From an uncultured Thermus sp. (GTDB lineage Bacteria > Deinococcota > Deinococci > Deinococcales > Thermaceae), in NCBI GenBank assembly GCA_947085095.1, contig CAMTVD010000018.1:32001-96000 (forward strand): a stretch of 64,000 nucleotides of DNA, read 5' to 3'. The notes beneath the pieces are model-generated. The model ran no database searches. It saw nothing but the letters and a program-made list of their open reading frames with translations, and was not told where the DNA came from. The number at the start of each line of letters is the position of its first letter. Position 1 is the first letter of the stretch. The translations under genes were made by a program, and so were the position numbers. Shown here piece by piece: positions 19,257-30,849 of this stretch.

Positions 19257-19715
19257 ATGGCCGAGGTGGAGAGCTTCCAGCTGGACCACACCCAAGTCCA
19301 GGCCCCCTACGTGCGCCTGGCGGGCAGGAAGGCGGTGGGGAGCGGGGTGGTGGAGAAGTACGATCTGCGCCTGACGAGGCCCAACTGGGAGGCCCTCCCC
19401 ACGGGGGCCTTGCACACCCTGGAACACCTGCTGGCGGGCTACCTGCGGGACCACCTCCCCGGGGTCATTGACCTCTCCCCCATGGGGTGCCGCACGGGGT
19501 TTTACCTGGTGGCGGAGGGACCCCTGGGGGAGGAGGAGGTCCTGGTGGCCTTTGAGCGGGCCTTGAGGGATGTCCTCCTGCACCAGGGCCCCATCCCTGG
19601 GGCGAGCCTAAAGGAGTGCGGCAACTACCGGGACCACGACCTAAAGGGGGCCAAGGCCTGGGCGGAGAGGGTCCTCCGGGCGGGGCTTAGGGTCCAGCCC
19701 ACCATCCCCCTATGA
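19257..19715 (+). CDS. luxS: S-ribosylhomocysteine lyase
   Basis: [30 protein letters not shown]. Confidence 0.96.
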   Translation: MAEVESFQLDHTQVQAPYVRLAGRKAVGSGVVEKYDLRLTRPNWEALPTGALHTLEHLLAGYLRDHLPGVIDLSPMGCRTGFYLVAEGPLGEEEVLVAFERALRDVLLHQGPIPGASLKECGNYRDHDLKGAKAWAERVLRAGLRVQPTIPL

Positions 19716-20389
19716 CCGCCTTCTTCGCTGCCGAACCCGAGGAGGCCCAGGCCCTGCGGGAGGCCCTGGGGGCTGGGGTGGCCCTGGAGGCCCCCTTCCC
19801 CCTCCACCAGGGGAAGGGCCTTCTGGTGGCGGAGACGGGGGTGGGGAAGGTGGCCGCCGCCATGGCCGTGGCCTATGTCCTCGCCCGCTTCTCCCCCAAG
19901 GGGAGCTTCTTCCTGGGGGTGGCGGGGGCTTTGGACCCCGCCTTGAGGGCCCTGGACCTCCTCCTGGCGGAAAGGGCGGTGCAGTGGGACGTGGACCTCA
20001 CCCCCTTCGGCCGGGCTCCGGGAGAGACCGCTTTGGGGGTGCGCTTCTTCCCCTCGGACCCCAGGCTTCTCGCCCAGGCGGAGGCCGCGGCCCGGACCCT
20101 GGGCTTCCCCTTTAGGCGGGGCGTGGTGGCCACGGGGGACCGCTTCCTGGCGGACCGGGAGGAGGCCGGGAGGCTTCGCACCCTCCACGGGGCGGATGCG
20201 GTGGAGATGGAGGGGGCGGCCGCCCTCATGGTGGCCTTCCGCTTCCGCCACCCCATGGCCCTGGTGCGCATGGTTACCGATGGAGCGGGGGAGGAAGCGG
20301 CCTGGGACTTCCAGGCCTTCTTGAAGGAGGCCTCGAGGCGGCTTGGCCTCCTGGCCCAGGCCCTGGCCGCCTATACTGAGGAGGGATAG
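19712..20389 (+). CDS. mtnN: MTA/SAH nucleosidase (Pfs)
   Basis: GVGKVAAA, GVAGA, TGDRF, VEMEGAA. Confidence 0.9.
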   Translation: MTAFFAAEPEEAQALREALGAGVALEAPFPLHQGKGLLVAETGVGKVAAAMAVAYVLARFSPKGSFFLGVAGALDPALRALDLLLAERAVQWDVDLTPFGRAPGETALGVRFFPSDPRLLAQAEAAARTLGFPFRRGVVATGDRFLADREEAGRLRTLHGADAVEMEGAAALMVAFRFRHPMALVRMVTDGAGEEAAWDFQAFLKEASRRLGLLAQALAAYTEEG

Positions 20390-20392
20390 GCC

Positions 20393-21316
20393 ATGGAAAT
20401 CCGGCTCTTTACGGGGAATGCCCACCCCGACCTGGCCCGGCGGGTGGCGGAGGCCCTGGGGGTGCCCTTGGGCCAGGCCCTGGTGGACCGCTTCCCTGAT
20501 GGGGAGGTGCGGGTAAGGCTTTTGGAGAGCGTCCGGGGGGACGACGTCTACCTGGTCCAGCCCACCTCTCCCCCGGTGAACGACCACCTCATGGAGCTCC
20601 TCCTCCTGGCGGATGCCGCCAGGAGGAGCTCCGCCGCCCGCATCAACGCCGTCATCCCCTACTTTGGCTACGCCCGCCAGGACAAGCAGACCCAGGGGCG
20701 CGAGCCCGTGAGCGCCAAGCTGGTGGCCAGTCTCCTGGAGCGGGTGGGAGTCCACCGGGTCATCGCCATTGACCTCCACGCCCCCCAGATCCAGGGGTTT
20801 TTTGACATCCCCGTGGACCACCTCTCGGCGGTGCGCCTTTTCGCCCGTTACCTGAAGGAGAAGGGGTACACGGAAAACGCCGTGGTGGTCTCCCCCGATG
20901 CCGGCAGGGCCGAGGAGGCCAGACGCCTCGCCGAGCGCCTGGGCCTTCCCCTGGCCATGCTGGCCAAGCGCCGCCACGGCCCCCGGGAGACCTCGGTGAC
21001 CTACGTGATCGGGGACGTGGAGGGGAAGAGGCCCCTCCTCATAGACGACATCGTCTCCACCGGGGGCACCATAAGGCGGGGGGTGGAGGCCCTGCTGGCG
21101 GCGGGAGCCCTGCCCGGAATCGTGGTCATGGCCACCCACGCCGTCCTGGTGGGGGAGGCCCGGGGGAACCTGGCCCATCCCGCCATAGGGGAAGTGGTCT
21201 TCACCGACACCATCCCCCTTAGGGACGGGGGGTACACCGTCCTCTCCACCGCCGAGCTTCTTGCCCAGGCCATCCGCCACGTGCACACCAACCAGTCCGT
21301 GAGCGCCCTCATCTAG
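20393..21316 (+). CDS. prs: Ribose-phosphate pyrophosphokinase
   Basis: FPDGE, PYFGYARQD, DLHAPQIQGFF, SPDAG, DDIVSTGGT. Confidence 0.97.
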   Translation: MEIRLFTGNAHPDLARRVAEALGVPLGQALVDRFPDGEVRVRLLESVRGDDVYLVQPTSPPVNDHLMELLLLADAARRSSAARINAVIPYFGYARQDKQTQGREPVSAKLVASLLERVGVHRVIAIDLHAPQIQGFFDIPVDHLSAVRLFARYLKEKGYTENAVVVSPDAGRAEEARRLAERLGLPLAMLAKRRHGPRETSVTYVIGDVEGKRPLLIDDIVSTGGTIRRGVEALLAAGALPGIVVMATHAVLVGEARGNLAHPAIGEVVFTDTIPLRDGGYTVLSTAELLAQAIRHVHTNQSVSALI

Positions 21317-21369
21317 GGGTGTGGTACACTCTTCTTTGCGTGCCCCTATGGGGGGCTTAGGGAGGAGCC

Positions 21370-21987
21370 ATGGAGTATCGCTTGAAGGCGTTTTACCGCG
21401 AAGGGGAGAAGCCGGGGGCCCTTAGGCGGGCCGGGAAGCTTCCCGGGGTGATGTACAACAAGAGCCTGAACCGCAAGGTTTACGTGGAGCTTTCTGAGTT
21501 TGACAAGGTCTTCCGCCAAGCCTCCATCCACCACGTGATCGTTTTGGAGCTTCCCGATGGGGAGCTTCCCACCCTGGTGCGCCAGGTGAACCTGGATAAG
21601 AGGCGCCGCCGCCCCGAGCACGTGGACTTTTTCGTCCTTTCCGACGAACCCGTGGAGATGTACGTTCCCCTGCGCTTCGTGGGTACCCCCGTGGGCGTGC
21701 GGGAGGGTGGGGTGCTTCAGGAGGTGCGCCGCGACATCCTGGTCCGGGTCTCCCCCAGGAACATCCCCGAGTTCATTGAGGTGGACGTCTCTGGCCTAGA
21801 CATCGGGGATAGCCTCCACGCTGCCGACCTGAAGCTTCCCGAGGGGGTGAGGCTGGCCATCTCCCCGGAGGAGACCATCGCCGCCGTGGTGCCCCCGGAG
21901 GACGTGGAGAAGCTGGCGGCGGAGGCCATGGAGATGCCCGCCGAGCCCGAGGTCATCAAGAAGGGCAAGAAGGAGGAGGAAGCCTAA
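21370..21987 (+). CDS. rplY: 50S ribosomal protein bL25 (TL5/Ctc type)
   Basis: LRRAGKLPGVMY, HVDF, GVREGGVL. Confidence 0.96.
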   Translation: MEYRLKAFYREGEKPGALRRAGKLPGVMYNKSLNRKVYVELSEFDKVFRQASIHHVIVLELPDGELPTLVRQVNLDKRRRRPEHVDFFVLSDEPVEMYVPLRFVGTPVGVREGGVLQEVRRDILVRVSPRNIPEFIEVDVSGLDIGDSLHAADLKLPEGVRLAISPEETIAAVVPPEDVEKLAAEAMEMPAEPEVIKKGKKEEEA

Positions 21988-22053
21988 CGCCGTCCCAATG
22001 GGGAAGAGTGGCGGCCGGGTCTTTGAGGCCGCCCCTTTTCTTGGAGATAGGAC

Positions 22054-23582
<1,529 letters not shown>

Positions 23583-23583
23583 G

Positions 23584-26379
23584 CTACGGGGCCTTCCGCA
23601 GATGGACGGGGGTGGGGGAGGTGAAGCCCGGGGGCAGGGGAAGGGGCTCGCCGTACCGCACCAAGACGGTGGGCGCCACGGGGTAACAGCCCATATTCTC
23701 GCCGTAGATGGCCAGGCCGCCCCGGTGGACGGCGTTCCAGGGCACCGTGAGCCGGAGGGCCAGGTGGCCGTGCTCGGCAAACCGGTTGCGGATGGCTAGG
23801 CCCGCCGGTGAGTCCAGGGAAACATGGGCCTGCATCAGGTAGCCGTACGAGCCCCGTTCCTGGCCGCGCCAGTGGGACAGGACTCCCCGGGCGTCTGCGG
23901 GGTCATCGGCTAGATGCCAGGTGGCTACTCGCACCCCGTTCAGGGAAACCTCCACCGTGGTGGGGAAGGGCTTGTCCTCGGTCTGGGGGTAGTCCTCGGG
24001 GTGGAGGCGTTCCGGCCAGTCCACCTTTTCCCGCCCGGCTTTGGCGGCGACCTCGCAGAGAAAGGTGAGGGACTCTGCCCCTTCCAGGGTAACGCCCTCG
24101 GGTAACCGGAGCCGGTACTCCACAAACCCGTGCCCCCGGCCGTAGTGCTTGCCCTCGAGGCTTGGGGGTGCGGAGGCCTCGCTGAAGGAGCTTTCCCAAA
24201 AATCCCCCGGAGCGAAGCGCAGGGCCAGGGTGCTGGCGTCCACCCCCTCCACCCGGGGCAGGCCTCTGGCGTCCCGCACCCACCACTGGGTGTAGTTGGT
24301 GTGCACCCGCTTCCCCTCTTTGTCCTCCAGCCAGGCCACCAGGGTTGCCAGGGCGGGCTCCCGGGGTAGGGTGATGGGGATTTCCCCCAAGGGTGCCAGC
24401 CGGTAGGGGGGAAAGCGCGGGCACGCCCTGGATTCCACAGGCTCCTCGCGCCAGCTGCCGAAGCGGTCCAGCCACCGCATCAGCCACCGGAGGACCAGCC
24501 CCTCCTCATGGCGGCCGCTCATGTGGCTGAAGAGGACGGGCACCCTTACCCTTTCCCCGGGTTGGGCGGTTTTGATGGCCGGCACGTCCAGGACGAGGAA
24601 GTCCTCGGCGAAGACGTCCCGCACCGCCATACCCGGGGCCCAGAAGGCATACCCGAAGGCCTTGGGGGAGCGGTCGTAGTTGTAGATGCCGTTGTGCTCC
24701 CACTCCACATCGGTCAGCTGGGTGTAGGTGTAGCCCGAAAGCTTCTCGCAACCCCGCAGGGCGTTGACGTAGAAGAGGGTTCCCCAGGAGACGTCCCCGT
24801 CCCCGTCCTCGGCGCTCACGTAGCCGAACTCGTTGTTGACGAAGGGCTCGCCCCGTTGCCGGTAGCCGGCGATGTAGTTCCAGCCCTCCCCAGCTTTAAT
24901 GTGCTCGGCGCTGGCCTCACGGCAGAGCTGCCCCACGATCTCCATGTCCCGCCCGTACCAGTGGAAGGAGTTCAGGTCGGTGTCCAGGTGGGACCAGCCC
25001 GAGTTGTCGTGCACCAGCCGCGTGGGGTCCAGCTGTCGGGCGAGGTGGACCATCTCCAAAGCCCAGTAGATGCGGTGCTCTTCCGGAGCCTTTTCCGGGC
25101 TGCCAAGGCCCCACTCCTCATTGAAGATCGTCCAGCAGAAGATGCTGGGGTGGTTGAAGTCCCGCTCTATCAGCTCGCGCAGGGTTTGCGCGAAGGCTTC
25201 GCGGGCGCGCTGGGCGTTCTCGGGGGTGTAGGGGGCCTCGGGGTGGGTGAGGAGCCAGGTGTTGGGCAGGTCCTGCTGGACCAAAAGGCCCAGGCGGTCG
25301 GCCCAGTAAAGGCGGCGGGGCTCGTCCGCCTTGACGTGGATGCGGAGCATGTTGAAGCCGGCCTCCTTGGCCAGCTCCACGTCCCTTCGCAAAAAGGCCT
25401 CGCTGGGGGCGGTGTAGATGCCTTCGGGGTTGAAGGACTGGTCCAGAACCCCGCGCAGGTAGATGGGCTTGCCGTTCAGCAGGACAAAACTGGGGTGCTC
25501 CTCGGCGGGTTGCCCAAAGGCCACGGTGCGGATGCCGAAATAGGTGCGGACGCGGTCGTAAACCCTGGCCTTTGCCCCTCTTCCGGCGCGGAGCAGGATC
25601 TCCGCAGGGTAGAGGTAAGGGGTCTCGGGGCTCCAGAGGATGGGCTCGGGGACCCTGATCTCCAGTTCCATCTCCTCCTGATCCGGCGCCGCCTTGGCCT
25701 CCGCGGTGGGAAACCGCCCTTCAGGGGAGCGCACCTCTACCCAGACCTCCCCGTTCCCTTCCTCCCTTCCCCGGTCCAGCCTGATGGCGAACCGCACCCT
25801 TCCCGTGGGAAGGTGGTCCTGTCCCGCCAGGGGAAGGATGCGGAATCCCCGGATGGCCACTGGTCCCGTGGCCTCCAGCCAGACGGTCTGCCAGATGCCG
25901 CTCGTGGGGGTGTACCAGCCCACCTGCTTGCCCGTGGGCAGCGCCGGGTCGGTGGAGTCGGCTACCCGGACGGTGAGCTGGTTGGGCATGGAGAAGCTAG
26001 CCTGTTGGGAGACATCAAAGCGGAACTCGCCGTAGCCGCCCGCGTGTTCCCCCACCTTTTCCCCGTTCAGCCAGACCGTGGCGTGCCAGTCCACCGCGCC
26101 AAAGCAAAGCCAAAGCCGCCTGCCCCTCCAGGCCTCGGGAAGGGTAAAGGTGCGCCGGTACCAGGCGACGCCCCTATAGTCCGTGCGCTCCAGGCCGCTA
26201 AGCCGGCTTTCCCAGGGAAAGGGCACCAGGATGCGCAAGGGGAAGGCGGGGGGAGAGGCGAACCATCCTCCCTCCATCCCGATATTCTCTGGATCAAAGG
26301 CGAACTCCCAGATGCCGTTGAGGGTCCGCCACGCCGGGCGCTTCAGGTCGGGGCGGGGGTGTTCGGGCCGGGGGATCAC
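23584..26379 (-). CDS. Large GH2-family glycoside hydrolase with an uncharacterised C-terminal extension
   Basis: PRPEHPRP...LNGIWEF, FGAVDW, GIWQTVWLE, GFNMLRIHVK, NHPSIFCWTIFNE (acid/base), NEFG (nucleophile). Confidence 0.88.
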   Translation of the reverse strand: MIPRPEHPRPDLKRPAWRTLNGIWEFAFDPENIGMEGGWFASPPAFPLRILVPFPWESRLSGLERTDYRGVAWYRRTFTLPEAWRGRRLWLCFGAVDWHATVWLNGEKVGEHAGGYGEFRFDVSQQASFSMPNQLTVRVADSTDPALPTGKQVGWYTPTSGIWQTVWLEATGPVAIRGFRILPLAGQDHLPTGRVRFAIRLDRGREEGNGEVWVEVRSPEGRFPTAEAKAAPDQEEMELEIRVPEPILWSPETPYLYPAEILLRAGRGAKARVYDRVRTYFGIRTVAFGQPAEEHPSFVLLNGKPIYLRGVLDQSFNPEGIYTAPSEAFLRRDVELAKEAGFNMLRIHVKADEPRRLYWADRLGLLVQQDLPNTWLLTHPEAPYTPENAQRAREAFAQTLRELIERDFNHPSIFCWTIFNEEWGLGSPEKAPEEHRIYWALEMVHLARQLDPTRLVHDNSGWSHLDTDLNSFHWYGRDMEIVGQLCREASAEHIKAGEGWNYIAGYRQRGEPFVNNEFGYVSAEDGDGDVSWGTLFYVNALRGCEKLSGYTYTQLTDVEWEHNGIYNYDRSPKAFGYAFWAPGMAVRDVFAEDFLVLDVPAIKTAQPGERVRVPVLFSHMSGRHEEGLVLRWLMRWLDRFGSWREEPVESRACPRFPPYRLAPLGEIPITLPREPALATLVAWLEDKEGKRVHTNYTQWWVRDARGLPRVEGVDASTLALRFAPGDFWESSFSEASAPPSLEGKHYGRGHGFVEYRLRLPEGVTLEGAESLTFLCEVAAKAGREKVDWPERLHPEDYPQTEDKPFPTTVEVSLNGVRVATWHLADDPADARGVLSHWRGQERGSYGYLMQAHVSLDSPAGLAIRNRFAEHGHLALRLTVPWNAVHRGGLAIYGENMGCYPVAPTVLVRYGEPLPLPPGFTSPTPVHLRKAP

Positions 26380-26401
26380 CAGCCCTAAGTTTACAATGAG
26401 T

Positions 26402-26431
26402 TTGACTCTTCAGGGGGCGGAAATGTAACCT
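26402..26431 (+). promoter_or_regulatory. Putative sigma-A promoter of the glycosidase operon
   Basis: TTGACT-18 nt-TAACCT in an AT-richer divergent intergenic gap. Confidence 0.5.
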
Positions 26432-26450
26432 TGAGGCAAAAGGGGGTAGT

Positions 26451-27242
26451 ATGAGCCTTCTAGAGCGGTTGGGGCTTTCCGGCAGGCGGGTCCTCATCCT
26501 TCACCACGATGACCTGGGCCTGACCCACGCCCAGAACGAGGCTTACCTGGCCTTGGGCTTCCCCACGGGAAGCGTCATGGTCCCTGGGGCTTGGGCGGGC
26601 GGGGTGAGGGGCCGGGACCTGGGGGTCCACCTGGTCCTCACCAGCGAGTGGCCCGCCCCCCGGATGCGCCCCCTCACCGAAGGGGAGAGCCTAAAGGAGG
26701 AGGCGGGCTTCTTCCCCTCCTCTTTAGAGGCCCTTTGGCGGCGGGCCCGGGCCGAGGAGGTGGAGAGGGAGCTCAGGGCCCAGATAGAGGCGGCCAAGAG
26801 GCTCTTCTCCCCCACCCATCTGGACACCCACCAGGGGGCGGTCCTGAGGCCGGACCTGGCCGAGGTCTACCTGCGCCTGGCCCAGGAATACCGCCTTCCC
26901 GCCTTGGTTCCGGAGAGCCTCGAGGGCCTGGGCGTTCCCGAGGCCTTCCTCCCCGACCTTCTGCGCCTCATGGAAAAGGCCCCCTTCCCCCGGGTGCGCT
27001 TCCTGGACCCCTACAACCTTCCCCCGGAGGAACGGCTTGGCTTTTACCTGGACCTCTCCCGGCTTCCCCCGGGGCTTTACCACCTGGTCCACCACAGCGC
27101 CCTGCCCACCCCCGAGGGCCGGGCCTTGCCCGACTGGGCCAGCCGGGAGGCGGACTACTTCGCCCTGAGCCACCCGGAGGTGCGCCGGGTCCTCTCTGAG
27201 TTCCACCCCCTCACCTGGAAAGAAGTCCGGGAGGCCTTATGA
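26451..27242 (+). CDS. YdjC/ChbG-family carbohydrate deacetylase
   Basis: ILHHDDLG, GVHLVL, THLDTHQG. Confidence 0.85.
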   Translation: MSLLERLGLSGRRVLILHHDDLGLTHAQNEAYLALGFPTGSVMVPGAWAGGVRGRDLGVHLVLTSEWPAPRMRPLTEGESLKEEAGFFPSSLEALWRRARAEEVERELRAQIEAAKRLFSPTHLDTHQGAVLRPDLAEVYLRLAQEYRLPALVPESLEGLGVPEAFLPDLLRLMEKAPFPRVRFLDPYNLPPEERLGFYLDLSRLPPGLYHLVHHSALPTPEGRALPDWASREADYFALSHPEVRRVLSEFHPLTWKEVREAL

Positions 27243-28492
27243 AGGCTTGGCGCTACGCCTCGGGGCAAATGGGTCTCACCATAGTTTCGGAGAGCTTCGG
27301 CACCTATCTGGCCTTTTTCTATCTGGAAAAGCTCGGGTTGTCCGCCGCATTTTATGCCCTGGCGCGCAGCCTGTACGCCATCTGGGACGCGGTGAACGAC
27401 CCCCTCTTTGGCCACCTCTCCGACCGCACCAAGACCCCCTTAGGCCGCAGGCGGCCCTGGCTTCTTCTGGGCATTCCCCTCTTCCTCCTCTTCTACCTCC
27501 TGGTCTTCTGGGTGCCGGACTGGGCCAAAAGCCCGGGGGTGCTTCCCTATTACTTCCTCCTGGCCATCGTGCTTTATGAAACCACGGCCACCGTGATCTG
27601 GACCAACTACGGCGCCCTTTTCCCGGAGATGTTCCGGAACCTCGCGCAAAGGGCCCAGGCCGCGGCCTTGAAGCGGGGCACGGAGCTCTTTGGCCTCATT
27701 CTGGGCATCGCCCTGGCCCCGGTGATCTACGCCCAGTTTGGCTTTGCGGGCATGGCGCTTCTCTTTGCTGGACTGGCCCTTTTCGCCTTCCTGTTCTTCC
27801 TCTCGGGCGTGGAGGAGGACCCCAGGGCGGAAAGCGGGCTTGGACTTTTGCCCTCGTTCCGCCTGGTCTTCGCTAACCGGGCCTTCTGGGTAGCGGCTTT
27901 GGTGGGTCTTCTCTTTGAGTTCGGGCGCACGGTGATCCAGACGGCCATGGCCTTCTACGCCAAGCACAGCCTGGGCCTGCCCGAGGCGGCCACCACCCTC
28001 CTCTTCGCCGCCGTCTTCCTGGTGGCCCTGCCCTCGGTCTTCCTCTGGGGAAGGCTTTCCCAGGTTTTGGGGGGGAAGCGGGCCTGGCGGCTTGCCCACC
28101 TCCTCATGGGCTTGAGCGCCCTTCTTCTTTTCCTGCCCCAAAGCCTTCTCCCCGCCGTCCTGGTGGGGGCCTTGGTGGGGATGGGCTTCGCCGGGGTGCG
28201 GGTCACGGGGGAGGTGATCATGGCCAAGGTCATTGACCTGGACGCGGAGAAGACGGGCACCCGCAGGGAGGGGGCCTACTACAGCCTGGTGGGGCTTCTG
28301 GGGCGGGTCTCCGGGGCTTTGGTGGGCCTGGCCTTCGCCCTTCTGGGGCCCCTCTTTGGCTACGTGAGCGGGGAGAACCCGGGGCCCAACCCTGGCCTGG
28401 CCTTCCGCTTCCTCATCTCCGTGGTGCCGGGGGTGGCCATCCTGCTGGCCTTCCTCCTCACCGCCTTATTCCCCCACGAGGTGCGGGAATGA
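27239..28492 (+). CDS. GPH (MelB-like) MFS glycoside transporter
   Basis: WDAVNDPLFGHLSDRT, GRRRPW, RREGAYY. Confidence 0.9.
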   Translation: MKAWRYASGQMGLTIVSESFGTYLAFFYLEKLGLSAAFYALARSLYAIWDAVNDPLFGHLSDRTKTPLGRRRPWLLLGIPLFLLFYLLVFWVPDWAKSPGVLPYYFLLAIVLYETTATVIWTNYGALFPEMFRNLAQRAQAAALKRGTELFGLILGIALAPVIYAQFGFAGMALLFAGLALFAFLFFLSGVEEDPRAESGLGLLPSFRLVFANRAFWVAALVGLLFEFGRTVIQTAMAFYAKHSLGLPEAATTLLFAAVFLVALPSVFLWGRLSQVLGGKRAWRLAHLLMGLSALLLFLPQSLLPAVLVGALVGMGFAGVRVTGEVIMAKVIDLDAEKTGTRREGAYYSLVGLLGRVSGALVGLAFALLGPLFGYVSGENPGPNPGLAFRFLISVVPGVAILLAFLLTALFPHEVRE

Positions 28493-30849
28493 AGTCTGAG
28501 CCCAGATTCCTGCAAAAGGCCCTGCTGGCCCTCCGCTTCCTGGGCCCGGAGGGGACCCGGCGGGCCCTTTTCTACGCTCTTTTGCGGGACTACTGGAACC
28601 GCATGCAACCTGCGCCGCAGGGCCCCTGGCGTGGCGTGGGGCCGCCCCAGGCCATGGTGGCCATCCCCGGGGGAGGGCGCTTCCTCTTCCCCGAGGGGGA
28701 GCTGGAGGCAGTTTTCCTAGAGGGGGGGCTCCGCCTCACCTGGACCCCGGGCCGCCTCCCACCCCCTTACGCCATAGAGAAAGCCCCTGCCCTCCTGGAG
28801 CCTGAACGGGAGGAGGGCGGGGGGCGCTTCGCCCTGGCGGCGGGGGGCGTCCGCCTCGAGGTGGGGCCGGAGGGCCTCCTCTTCCTGGACGAAGGGGGCC
28901 GGGTGTGGCGGCGGGAGGCCCTGCCCGAGCGCCAAGGGGAGGCCTGGCGGCACCGGGTGGACCTGGCCCCGGGGGAGCGGCTTTACGGTCTTGGGGCGGT
29001 GGCGGCCCCTCTGGACCGCCGGGGGCGGAGCTACCGCCTCTGGAACCGGGATGTGGGGGGGAGTTACGGCCCGGATGAGGGCCCCCTGTACCTCACCATC
29101 CCCTCGCTCCTTTCCCGCAAGCCTGGGGGCGGGTACCTGGTCTTCTACGAGAACCCCCACGAGGCCTTTTTGGACCTGAGCGGCGATGTGGGCCTGGTGG
29201 CCTTTTCCGGCGGGGCTCTGAGGTACTACCTCTTTCCCGGGGGGCCCAAGGAGGCCCTGGCCGCCTACACTGCCCTCACGGGCAGGCCGCCCCTCCCGCC
29301 CCGCTTTGCCTTGGGCCTCCACTTCGCCCGCTGGGGGCTTAGGACGGAGGAGGAGGCGCGGGAGGTGGTGGAGGGGTTTTTCGCCCACGACCTCCCCCTC
29401 TCCGCCCTGCACCTGGACATAGACTACATGGACGGCTACCGGGTCTTCACCGTGGACCGGAGGCGTTTCCCCCATCTGGAGGGGCTGGTGCGGGACCTGG
29501 AGGGGCGGGGGGTGCGCACGGTCCTCATCCTGGACCCCGGGGTCAAGGCCGAGGCGGGCTTTCCCCCCTTTGAGGCGGGCCTGAAGGAGGGGGTCTTCTG
29601 CACCCTTCCCGGGGGCCGCCTCCTGAAGGCCCCGGTGTGGCCGGGGTGGTGCGCCTTCCCCGACTTCACCAGCCCCAAGGCCCGGGCCTGGTGGGGCGAG
29701 CGGTGCGGGGAGCTCCTCGCCCTGGGCGTTCACGGCTTCTGGCTGGACATGAACGAGCCCGCCGCCTTCGCCGCCTGGGGGGACCCCACCCTTCCGGGCC
29801 CCACCCGGCACGCCCTCGAGGGCCAGGAGGGGGACCACCGCGAGGCCCACAACCTCTACGGCCTCCTCATGGCCCGGGCCACCCACGAGGCCCTGCGGGC
29901 GCGGGGCGTGGCCCGCCCCTTCCTCTTCTCCCGCTCCGGCTTTGCGGGCCTGGCCCGCTACGCCTGGAACTGGACGGGGGACGTGGAGAGCAGCTGGGAG
30001 GCCCTTCGGCGCACGGTGGGCATCGTCCTGGGGCTTGGGCTTTCCGGGGTGCCCTACACGGGCTCGGACATCGGGGGCTTCAGCGGCCACCCCTCCCCGG
30101 AGCTTTTCCTTCGCTGGTTCCAGGCCGCGGCCTTCATGCCCTTCTTCCGCCTCCACTCCGCCATCTCCACCCCCAGGCGGGAGCCCTGGCGCTTCGGCGA
30201 GCCCGTGGTTTCCGTTCTCCGAAACTTTTTGCGGCTCCGCCACGCCCTCATCCCCTACCTCTACACCCTGGCCTGGGAGGCCCGGGAGAAGGGCTATCCC
30301 CTGGTCCGCCCCCTCTTCTTCTTGGACCCGGAAAGGGAAGCGGAGGACGCCTTTCTCCTGGGGGAGGACCTTTTGGTGGCCCCGGTGGTGGAGGAAGGGG
30401 CCCGCCACCGCCTGGTGCCCCTGCCCAAGGGTCTCTGGTACGAGTTCTGGAGCGACCGGCTGGTGGAGGGGCCCGGGGAGGTATGGGCCGAGGCGCCCCT
30501 AGAGCGCATCCCCATCTTTGTGCGGGCGGGCGCCGCCTTGCCCCTGGTGGAGGGGGAGGGCCTGGTCCTCCACCTCTACCCGGGGCCTGAGGGCCGGGCC
30601 GAAGGAAGCCTCTACTGGGACGAGGGGGATGGGGAGGGGCCCTCCCGGCTGGACCGCTTCCTCCTGGAGGGGGGGCGGCTCCTGTGGCAGGGGGAGGGGG
30701 ATTACCCCTGGCCCTGGGAGGGGCTAGGGCTTCGCCTGCACGGGGCTGGGCTCAAGGGGGGAAGGGTGGGGGATGCGGTCTACCCCGCCGAGGAGGGGGT
30801 TCTCTGGCTTCCCCCCTTCCGCGAGGTCCTTTTGGAGGTGGAGGGATGA
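28489..30849 (+). CDS. GH31 alpha-glucosidase-like hydrolase
   Basis: HLDIDYM, WLDMNEP nucleophile, WTGD, GSDIGGF. Confidence 0.92.
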   Translation: MKSEPRFLQKALLALRFLGPEGTRRALFYALLRDYWNRMQPAPQGPWRGVGPPQAMVAIPGGGRFLFPEGELEAVFLEGGLRLTWTPGRLPPPYAIEKAPALLEPEREEGGGRFALAAGGVRLEVGPEGLLFLDEGGRVWRREALPERQGEAWRHRVDLAPGERLYGLGAVAAPLDRRGRSYRLWNRDVGGSYGPDEGPLYLTIPSLLSRKPGGGYLVFYENPHEAFLDLSGDVGLVAFSGGALRYYLFPGGPKEALAAYTALTGRPPLPPRFALGLHFARWGLRTEEEAREVVEGFFAHDLPLSALHLDIDYMDGYRVFTVDRRRFPHLEGLVRDLEGRGVRTVLILDPGVKAEAGFPPFEAGLKEGVFCTLPGGRLLKAPVWPGWCAFPDFTSPKARAWWGERCGELLALGVHGFWLDMNEPAAFAAWGDPTLPGPTRHALEGQEGDHREAHNLYGLLMARATHEALRARGVARPFLFSRSGFAGLARYAWNWTGDVESSWEALRRTVGIVLGLGLSGVPYTGSDIGGFSGHPSPELFLRWFQAAAFMPFFRLHSAISTPRREPWRFGEPVVSVLRNFLRLRHALIPYLYTLAWEAREKGYPLVRPLFFLDPEREAEDAFLLGEDLLVAPVVEEGARHRLVPLPKGLWYEFWSDRLVEGPGEVWAEAPLERIPIFVRAGAALPLVEGEGLVLHLYPGPEGRAEGSLYWDEGDGEGPSRLDRFLLEGGRLLWQGEGDYPWPWEGLGLRLHGAGLKGGRVGDAVYPAEEGVLWLPPFREVLLEVEG

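Noticed and set aside
28489..30849. GH31 as a sulfoquinovosidase (YihQ-like)
   Set aside because: The nucleophile motif is WLDMNEP, typical of alpha-glucosidases rather than WMADFGE, and no sulfoglycolysis genes are nearby.
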